Below, piece by piece: positions 48,596 to 59,300 of a DNA stretch of 64,000 nucleotides. The stretch comes from Monocercomonoides exilis PA203 (taxonomy: Eukaryota; Protista; Preaxostyla). The first letter of the stretch is position 1; every line of letters starts with the position of its first letter. The notes beneath the pieces were generated by a model. That model saw only the letters and a list, made by a program, of their open reading frames with translations, was not told the origin of the DNA and made no database searches. The stretch is taken from positions 2,356,001 to 2,420,000 of the forward strand of contig LSRY02000001.1 in NCBI GenBank assembly GCA_001643675.2. The letters run 5' to 3'. A program made the position numbers and the translations under genes.

Positions 48596-49191
48596 ACTAA
48601 CGCGGATGGAGAGACTCAGAGCGGCTGGGTGCGTAATAGAGAAACATATTTGGAGGAATATGACGAGAAAAAGGGCGAGATATAAAAGGATAGAGGAAAA
48701 GATCAACCGCCCGAAGATATTAATGTGCACCTAGAACCTTTTTTGAGAAACATGGAAACAAATAAAAAGTTCAAGCATGATCCTACTCCTTTACAAGATT
48801 AGTATTGTTTTTACAGAGAAGAATTGAATATTAAATATGCAGTGTGTGATGATTGGGGTTGCTCTGCTGATGCAGCAGAAGAGCGGGAGGCAGAGCGCAT
48901 AACATGCAGTTTTCTTTTCCACGCCTCGCGAAAGCGAGAGTGGTTTTTCTTTCTGCTCCGTTTTTAATTTTCGCCTCACCGGATCCCTGCACAGCCTGCA
49001 GGAGGGAGCTCCGAGGGGTATGCCCCCTGCCCTCTGGTCTTCGAGACCATGGCAAAGGCGAAGTCGGTGGTGAAGTGAAGCGGACAATGCATTATTTTAT
49101 TTTATTATTATTAAATTTTAATGCTATTGTTTTGTTTTTTCATCTCGCCCTTTTTTTTCCACGTCATTTGGGAGGGCGAAGTTTTTCACTC

Positions 49192-49258
49192 AAACCACCC
49201 ATAATTTAAGATCAAACTCATTATTTCGGAGCAAATCCTGCTCACTGCGTTCTATCAA
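49192..49258 (+). repeat. DIRS right ITR
   Basis: Imperfect inverted copy of the left ITR, ending ...TGCGTTCTATCAA. Confidence 0.92.
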
Positions 49259-52200
49259 GTTTTTGAGTTTGTTCATTTCTGACAATTTTTGAAAAATAAA
49301 CAATTATTCATCCTTATCATGTTTTTTGAAGAACTGCTTGACGAACTTGGAGGTTGCAACGATGATGAACAGAAAGTCAAAGTTGAAGAAATGAATGGAA
49401 TGATCGATAAGATGAGCAAGCATGAATTTCTCACAATTTGTTCATTTGACATGTTTGACAAAATCACAAAAATAATCACAAAGGGAAAGAAAACTCCTTT
49501 AAGAAATATGTTGCTTTTCCCGAAGCACATGGGGCGTTTAAATGCAATGAAAAGACTTAATGTTGGTCACTTCAAAAATTCTTCATTAGGAAAAAGGATT
49601 AAAAATCTGATTGTTGAAGAAGAGAAGAAGAAAGAAGGGAAAAACGAGAAGCTTCTGATTGATCTCTGTGAATGCTTCTTGTTGCATAACGAATTTAAGT
49701 CCATTAATAAAACCATGAATAATGTTTGTGTGTCCTGCCTTCTGAAAGTGGCATCAAACAAGGATGAAAGCAAAGAAACACAAAAAGAAGTGGAAACTGC
49801 ATTGCTTGCTTTGGGCAATGTTAGATGCTGTGCATGAATATTTGTTATTATTTTTTTTATATTTGATATTTTTCTTTTCCTGTATTTGATTAGAAAAAAA
49901 GAAAAAATGCCCGTTTGAATGAACTGAAGGAAATCATCCTATACCATCAAGAACACTGCAATCTCACACGACTTGCGTATCAATCTGCTTGGCAGTTTTT
50001 GATGAATCGACTTTGTGTAAACACAAGCTTGGAGGACGAAATAGTGAATGAGCTGCATTTTGTGAGAGAAACAAGAAGAGAACTGGAAGAGCTTTCAAAG
50101 TGTGTGGATTGGAAGAGAAAAGGTGATAAAAAAGTCAAAGAAACGAAAGAAGCGAAAGAAGCGAAAGAAATGATAATTATCAGGAGATGGATCAATACAG
50201 TTAATCATTTCTTATTGTGTTCCAAATTGTGGAATGAAAAATCTGTTCTGCTAATAGAAGGAATTGTTCTGGTATTTCGTGCAGCGAAAGATAATCACAG
50301 AGATTTTTGCCAATATTGTTTTTATTTGTTAAGAAGAATAGCTAGAATGAGGGTTGTGAAAGTTGATGACTTGTTGAAAAGCGGAGCTGTTGATGCTGTT
50401 TTGGAGAAGATTCAGCAACAAACATTAAAAGACGATTTGATACATGATTATTTGGAATTCTTTTTGGAGATTTCAGAAAAATTGGAAAGAATGAGGGAAA
50501 AAGACAGAAAAGAAACGAAAAGAAAGATGTTTGAAAAGATGGAAGAAGAAGGATATGAAGACATCATCGCAAGTTTTCATGTTATAATTCCTTTTTTGAA
50601 AACCAATTCTTACTATTTTCCACCGAAACATTATGGGGATTATTTGATAAACATATGAATTTTGAGCGTTTTTCTTTTCCTTGTTTTTTTTGAAGAGGAA
50701 GATTTTTAAAAGGGGTTGACTGAGGTTTTGCTTCATTTCAGATCTGTAATTCCAACAATGCAAATAGAAAAATATATCTGAAGAAAATATTTTCTATTTT
50801 TAATTTTTAATGATTTGAATTTGAAAAAAGAATGTCCAAAAAAGAATACTGAAACATGGAAACTGGGAATTCAAATGAAAAAAAAAGAAGAAAGAATTTT
50901 TTGGAGATTCTGCGCGAATAAATGAGAAAACAGAGTATTTTGTTCATTCGAATGATTTTCATTCACATCATTTCCAGAAGCCAACATTTCCAAATAAAAA
51001 ATTTCCCTTTCAGAATAAATGATTGTTCACCAACTGTATCATCACATAATAATCTAATGTGACAAAATGATAAATCTCTTCCCTCAATAATCCTATCTCC
51101 ATTTGTCATTTCCAATATTCTTTTGTGACAGTTTCCTTCTCCATTTCAAATTTTTTGTCTTTCTCTCATCACCTTTTGACTCTTCAACCACTCACAAAAG
51201 AGAAGTCGCATTATGAAGTCTGTTGCATTCCTTCGCTTCGATCTTCCATTCCAAAATTAAAATTATTCCAAGATTTCTTCTTTTTTCTTCTGCACTTCGT
51301 TCAACAGTCAAATGATACAATGTCAGTATCGTCCTCCTTTTTTGATTGGGCATCAATATCATATCCATTCCATTGCCTCGTTGCTTAAGCTGCTTCCTTT
51401 TGACAGATGAGAAAATTTCCTTTGTGTTTGTGAACAGAAATAGAAGACAAAACTTGAAGAAGAATTCACGGAGAGTCGAACGGAATAAATTGTTAATATT
51501 ACATTTTAATTAGTGAAGAAGATGTAAAAGAAGAAGATGAGGAGGAGGAAGAAGAAGAAGCTGAATTAATAAAGTAATGATTAAAGTTGACAAAATGAGA
51601 TGATATGTTTGGAGTAATTGTAATAAAAAGCAACAATAAATAAAACTGATTGAAATTCATCGATATCAAACGTTATCTTTCTTCTTCTTCCATTTTTGTG
51701 TGTTCTTCTCAGAAACAGCATCTTCAAAATCTTTCACGCATTCAACTCAATCCTTTCCTTCTCACCTTCAAAAATTATAAAATATTTGGAAATCATTCTT
51801 TTCATTCAAAAATCTTCCGCTTTTCCTTCACTTCTTTCTCATAAATAATCTTTCTTCCAAAATAACTCTTCGCAAAAACCCAAAGCAATGCATCTTCATT
51901 ATATCTTGAATTTTTGTTTTTCTTCTTCTTTGCCTTTTCCTTCCCCTCTTTTCTTCTTCTTCAAAATCATCAAATCCCTCGCTTTTGATATTGCTTTAAA
52001 GAAAACAATAAAAATTCAATAAATAATTTTTTTTTTGAAAAGATAAATCAAACCTTATGATTTGTTAGCTATTTTTAATTTTTGTCTCATTGGATATGCT
52101 CGTTTTCTTCAAAAATAATTCATCATTCCTCCATTAACAACAGTTTAAGCAACATATTCTCCAATCATCCATTTCCAAAAGTCTTTTCATCTCCATTTCA

Positions 52201-53327
52201 GAAGGTTTCTGAACCTTCTGAATAAAGAGAGATTTGAATGTTTTTTCAATTCCTTCTGATTGAATCAAGAATTGACTTCTCAAATGTCCATCCAATCTCT
52301 TTGCCCTGCTTTATTTCCACATAAACCAATTGTTCGAGCAAGGCATTCTTCCAAGATAAGTGAATGTCAGTCATTCATTCAGTTTATTTGGTTCATGCAC
52401 TCTGAACAATAAAAAATAAAAAAATATAAAGAAATATAACTAACTTCATCTTTGCCAAAAATTCTCAATCGTTCTTCTTTCAGAAAAACAATTTTCAATA
52501 GATGTTTATCCATCTCTCAAATCAAATGCCTGCAAAACGAACAAATGATATAAAAAAATATCATTCCACAAACCAGAAATGAGCAAATATATCACTTTCC
52601 ATTCTTTGAGTCGCTTCCACCTTTTATCTTTTTTCAGTAAGCCAATAAAAACATAAACCATTTCTTCATATTTGTTCGCAAAACTATCTTATCAAATGCT
52701 CACGTTAATTGTTAACTATTTTGCATCCAAACGCTTGAATCTAATTTCACAGTCAAATGAAAAAAGCATTTCTCAACAAAAGATATTATCATTGGATTCT
52801 TCGAAATCCTCGATCACATGTTCATCAAAAGTTTTGAAAAATAAGTCAATCCGAATAAATAACAATGGTTTATCAGATTTTTTCAATGCGAATTGGGATC
52901 AAAACAAAAATGTTCTATGAATAACAAACAATAAAGAAACAAATTTAAGTTTGTTTTGTGTTTTCTTATTTATAATTTTCGAAAAATCAATAGCAATAAT
53001 TAAAGGAACCGAGTGATTGACAAGGCAATATGTATGCATTCATCAAACAATCACAATATTAAATTTTGTTTATGTGATTTTACATTCAAAAAGTTGTAAT
53101 GATTCATGGCAAAATATATTTTTTTAAGTGAAAAAACAGTTTTACACTGGACAGCTGTTAAATAGAATAATTTTAATTTAATATCATCTCTAATTTATTT
53201 CAAAATCAATAATAAGTATTTCAATTGCATCTATTCACTTTTCAATCATGTGAATAAAAAACAAAAAATGATCATTCTCATAATATTAAATTTTTCGAAA
53301 CAAAATTGATTTTTATTCTCGATAAAC

Positions 53328-56300
53328 ATGCTTTTATTCCTTTTAGCATGTCTGATTCTGGCAGAGACATTTAAATCTCAAGTCATCTGTGAAACAGCCG
53401 CATTTAGAAACCGAGGTATTATATTTAATATAACTTTTAAACATAACTGTATTTATTTCGGTCAAGGCAACTCAAATGATGCACAGTTTTTCACAAATGG
53501 TGATAATAATTATTTTTCAGAACAGAGAAAAACATCAGGAGTGAAAATATTGAAGGCAGGAACATGCACAGCGATTTATTCAATTTTTCGCTTTTCCAAT
53601 TCTTCAGTTGGACTGAAAAATGTGGCAGTGGAATATTCTTCCTCACCATTTATTCTAATAACAGATAAATCGAATTTGATGTTGGATACCTGCATTTCCC
53701 ACCAAAAGTCGGAATTTCCGTTTCTTTTGAATATCGGGTCAATCTGCCTCACAAACATGACTTTGATCCCCCAAGAGAGTCTTAACCCATCCAGTCTCAT
53801 ATTTTCATCTGATGATTCAAATATTGCTATTTTGAGCAATTCCATCATGACAGACCTGACTGTTTCTTCGTCAGACCATTTTCTTGTTTCAGGAAAGAGC
53901 AAAAGCGAACAGATCATTAATTGTGCCTTCAGGAACATGTCTGTGAAATATGACACGAATAGCTATCATTTTGTGGAACATTCATGTTTTCGAAGTTCAA
54001 TGGAGAACTGCCTCATTTATTCGTGTGTGAATGCCTTTGAAGGAGGGACTTCGAGTGGATCACATTCTTCACAGGAATTCATCTGCAAAAACACAACAAC
54101 ACGCTATGGGAAAAGGGAAATGAATGCTCTTCAGAAAAAGGAAAAACTGAACACAACAGAAAGCCAATCCTTTTCGTTGTGTGAATGGACTGATTGCACA
54201 TCTTTATATGGAGGCGCTATTTATGTTTATAACAATGCAAGTGCAATTCTCACAGTTGAGAATTCTTCATTCACAAGATGCAACGCTTCATCCACAAGAG
54301 GCGGAGGAATATATGCTTTGAAAATTGCTGAATGCATTGTGCTTCATTCAACATTTGTGCAGTGCTTTGCAGCAGGAAAAACAAATTATGGTGGAGGAGG
54401 AATTCAATTCGAACATGTAAATGTCCAATCAATTGTTGATGATTGCTCTTTTCACAGCTGTTTTGCTGAAGATGAAGGCGGGGCAATAAACCTACGACCA
54501 ACAAAAACACAAAAACAAAAACGTTGCATTATTAATTCTGTTTTTTTATTTTGTCATTCAACAATTGATTGTGGAGGCGCTATTATGCATTGGAACTGCA
54601 CTGATCAAGTAGTAATTTCAAATTGTTTATTTTGTCACTGTTATTCTTTGAGCGGAGGTGGAGCAGTTAGCCATCAAATCAGTTCAAATAATAATGGTAT
54701 TTTGTTTTATTACTGTTTCTTTCATAACAACACGTGTGGAAATTTTGGACATGATATTGCTCTGGAAGGTTCAACCTCAAATAATATTGATTCCACCTGC
54801 TATTCAACCAGGCAATCAAAAAACAGAGTTAGTTCAAGTTACAGTTCGATTGTTGATAAAAGCGAATGGCTTCACAATGATTTTGGAAATGTGAGATTTG
54901 TCTCATCAACTGATTCGCAACCAAAAGGCATTGACACATATGCTTGTGGAATTTATGAATCTTATCCATGCCGCACCATCAGTCGTTGCCTTTCACAACT
55001 CATTCCAGACTTGGTTCCCAATGTCGAAGTATCTTCGGGAACGATAATCGAAACAAATAGTTTTGATTGTGGAGTTAACTCTTTCACTGTATATGGTCAA
55101 AGCAATATGAGCACGGCAATCCACACAGAATTTGAAGCATCTGGGATATCTCTTTTTTCGGTCTCGACAGGCACATTGACTGCCAGAGACTTTGTTCTTG
55201 TGCATGGCTCGGCTCATCCGAATAACCGTGGGTCAAGGCTGTTTGAGATTAATGGAGCAGGAGGAATGAGGATCAGCAGACTGAACATATCTTTTGGGAG
55301 CGGACAATCAACAGAAACAGCATTTTCGACAGAACTGATCAATGTCCAGAATGGGATGTTTCAGATGGAACATGTGAACTGGGCAAAGACGATTTCCACA
55401 AATTCATTATTTTCGCTTTCTTCGACAAATGAGATTTCATTGACACTTTCAGAGTGTGCATTTGATGGGATTGAGAGAACAACGAGCGGAGCAGCAGTGA
55501 TATCGTTTTCGAATGACAAGGCCAACATTGATGTGAATTGTTGCACTTTTGAAGGATGTGGAAGCACAACATCAACTGATGGGGGATCGATGATGCTGTG
55601 TGTTGGGAATGGAAATGAGGTGAAAGTGAAAGGTGGATCTTTTGATGGGTGCTATTGCTCTGCAACATATGGATTTGGAGGAGGAATTCTTCTTCGATTG
55701 TTGAATGAAAATCCCAATTTCCTGATATCCTCTTCGTTTGGCACAAACACAGCCAAATGGGGAAGAGATATTTTTGTTATTTCACCCAATCTGGAAGAAA
55801 CAGCAAAATCAGAAAACATCACATGTGTGACAGATTCATTGGATTCTCTTGAGAAAGTGAGAGGATATGACAATGGAAACACGAGTGTGGCCATTCCTCT
55901 GTGCATCTATCTCCTTCCCACCCCAGAAGAAATATATGTGAGCAATTCTGAGGCATCCAATCACTCACACTGTGGAATTGTCCAATTCCCTTGTTTGACA
56001 ATGAAGCACTCCCTCACAAAACAAACAGGAACAAAGAAAGTTATTGTGAATGGAATGATTATGATGAGTGATGAATTGGCCTTTGCTGGACAGAAACATG
56101 AAATCCGAGGAAATGATGATGAAAGTGGCTGGACAGTCTCTGATTCAAGTGAAACATCCAATTCATCGATGATTTCAGCAAATGTTGAAACAGAATTATC
56201 AAGACTCATCTTCTCTCTTCCTTCTTCCCTTCCTCTTCACTCCACTTTCATTTCGTCTTCTTCATCGTCAATAACTCTGTCTCAATGTTCGCTTTCTCTT

Positions 56301-59300
56301 CAAAATCCATCATCAGAATTGACAATTCTGTTCTTGTCCGTTGAGTCAGGGATCCTGATAATCGACAAATTCTCAGCTTCATCAATTGATTTGAGGAGAA
56401 ATCCATTGATCTGGTTGAGAGGAAGCAGCACAAATACCGAGTTGATGAGCACTCTGTGGTTGAACATGACGAACAGCAATTTCACAGAAATCAAAAGAGC
56501 AGCTGGAAGTGGAGGGTGTGTGAGCATTGGCAACAGCGATGATGAAAATACAAACACACAAATAAATATTGAAGAATGTTCATTTGATGGATGTTCTGTG
56601 CTGGATGATGAAAGCAGAGGAGGGGCTATCAATGCTCAGTTGAAAGGGAGCATTCAAATGAATGTTGTTTCTTGCGCATTCACAGGATGCACAGCACCAG
56701 CAGAAGAACGGAAGATTGGGTTTGGGGGAGGGATGGCGCTGAAGCTGATTGATTGCTTTTCTTCATTTGTGATCTCATCCCCTGTTTTTGATAAAAGCAA
56801 GCCAAATGTTGCAAGATATGGAAATGACCTGTTTGTTGAATCGCCAAACTTGACAAAGAGCATCACAAACACCTCTCTTCCATTTGTGAATGGGAATATG
56901 GAAGATATTTCATTGGATTCAATGAGAGGTTTTGATGGGAGTGACACAACGAATGCCATTCCACTGGTTTTATTCTGGCGAGCGATTGGGTCAGAGATAT
57001 TTATTGGGAGCGAAGGTTGTGATGTGTGTGTGTGTGGATTCTCGGATTATCCTTGTCTGTCGATGGATCATTCGTTGACAAGACTGGCAGAAGGGAATGA
57101 AAGGAATGTCAGCATCATTGGAAAAGGATATCTGCAGAAGAGTGTTGATGTGAGTGGAATATCAGTGAAATCGGATGAGAGCAGCATGTGCTCATTGGAA
57201 TGTGTCTCATCGCTTGAAGGAGCAGAAGGAGCAGCAATGAAGATTTGTGGCATTACCAATTTGGAACTGATCAAGTTTGTGATTCCATCTTCATTCGCAA
57301 GTGGAGTGAATGTTTTGATGCATGTTGGCTCAAGCGATGGATCCTTGACTGTGAAAGATTGTTCGTTCACCAAAAAAGGAGATGAGAGAGAAGAAGTGAC
57401 AGATTATGGACTGATCAAGGCAGATGGAGGTACAGTTGTGCTGGAATTGGTGACGATGCAATTGTTGAGCTTTTCTCAGGATGTTATTTCTGTGTTGTCA
57501 GCAACGGTGCTGAATGCGAAAAATCTGACGATGAAGAATATTGAGGTGGAGGGAGCAAGTGGATTGAGGATATCAAAGGGATCAGCTGGAGAGAAGAGAG
57601 GGAGCAATGAAGGAGAACAAAACATTGTTATTGAGTGGAGTTTGTTTGAAGAAGTCACCCAAGACACAACAGAAAACATCTCGATCATTCGAAATGAGAA
57701 TGATGAGCCATTGAATATGGTGATTCGGAACACGACAATGAAGAGATGTGGAGGGTTGAAGTGTGGAAAGGGAGGAGGGATGTTTTGTGAGTTGAATGAG
57801 GGAGGAAGTTTTGAGTGCTCATTTTGCAAGATTTCAGAGTGTTTCTGCTCGAGCACAGGAAGAGGTGGGTGGCTATTTCTGGAATGCACCTCGGTGGCTG
57901 AGCATCCATTGAATTTTGTTTTGTCGAATATCACATTCCGAGACAACACCGCATTGAGAGGGAGAGATGTGTATGTTCGATGCCACTCAATCGATACACA
58001 AATAGTTGATGAGCAGTTCTTGCTGGATTTCAGAGCACCGTTTGTGAAGGACAAGGCAGTATGGGGATGCACAACAGACTCGTTTGTGGGGGAAGAGGAT
58101 CTTCTGCTGAGGGTTATGAGATACCAGAGCGAGACGATATTTGTGTCATCAGTTGCAGACAATCGTGCAGACAGCAAGCAATGCGGAGAATTGGACACGC
58201 CATGCCACTCATTGAGCTTTGGAGTGCAACACATCATTCCTTCATCGTATTCGCAGCTGTTGATCTTGGGGCAAACAGAAATTGTTGGGAGGTGTGATGT
58301 TCTTGATGTGACCATCCGCTCATTGCAATCTCCCTCAGCCGCATTGGTGTATTTGAACTCAACAATAACCAATGAGGGAAGTCTGATCACAACATCAGAG
58401 AATGTTCGGATTGAGAGATTGAAATTCAATTTTGGGCAGTTATTTTCATATTCAGGCAATTCAATCATTCATGAAGCAAATGGACAACTTTCTCTTTCAT
58501 CTGTTGACTTTTCTTCGATTTTGGAATCAGAAAACATTGAATCTGTTGTTCTGAATTCAACATTGTTGAATATCGAAAATGGAATTCTTCATGTTGACAA
58601 CTGCTCAATATCAATGCTTTCATTCAAGAAGCCTTCATTTCTGTTAAATGGTGATGAGATAAATTTTACAAATGTGAAACTGGAACAGATTGAATCAATA
58701 ACAAATGTATTTGAGATTGGACAATGTGGAAGTGTTGCATTGAATGGAGTATCTGCAGATGGAGTGAAGCTGTCTGAGGGTTGTGTTATTGCGATAAACG
58801 ATTTGTCATCAGGAACAGTTTCTATTGGAATCTCCTCATTCAACAACAGTTCGAGAAATTCAGAAGGAGCTTCTGTTCTCACTGCTTCTTCAACTTCTGC
58901 TCAAATAAACCTTTTCAATTGCTCTTGCTCAGATTGCAATTCTCTGTCAAGCAAAGGAAGCATTATGGAGATTAACAATACGAAGGATGTTTCGATGGAT
59001 TTGTGTCAATTTATTGGAGTGAAAACAAAAGAAAGTGAAAATAAGAGAAACAGGGATTTTGAAGAAATATGCAAATGGAATGGATCGCTTGTTCACTCAG
59101 CGAATTCTTCATTGATGATGAAATATGTGACAATAATGAATGCTTCATCAGGTGGATTGTCAGTGTCTGCAGGTGATGTGACGATTGAGAAAGGGGAGTT
59201 TTTGAACAACAATCCATTCATTGATATATATCCCTCTCTTCATCGAAACATCATTTGTTCAGATTCAGCATCACTGACTATTTCCAGCTTGAAAGGTGGA

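Larger units (their letters stand above)
43186..49258 (+). mobile_element. DIRS-type tyrosine-recombinase retrotransposon, full length
   Basis: gag-like, RT/RNase H and YR ORFs; non-identical ITRs; ICR complementary to both ends; GC/purine-rich versus host; boundaries defined by empty-site paralog. Confidence 0.96.
43139..50658 (+). pseudogene. Helical multigene-family copy F interrupted in exon 1 by the DIRS element
   Basis: Exon 1 (MNVGGDGIQEMNTVD) at 43139-43185 resumes at 49259 exactly as in paralog copy E; exons 2-3 at ~49331-49831 and 49894-50658 remain open. Confidence 0.88.

Noticed and set aside
48867-48935. Hammerhead ribozyme (CTGATG ... GAAA)
   Set aside because: Core reads CTGATGC rather than CUGANGA and the stems do not arrange into the hammerhead topology
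757-50658. Paired ORFs as two-gene modules (e.g. toxin-antitoxin-like)
   Set aside because: The gap between each pair is a phase-0 intron whose sequence contains the apparent stop; they are exons of one gene
51400-52920. Possible multi-intron gene on the minus strand
   Set aside because: Multiple stops; no consistent exon chain or recognisable domain
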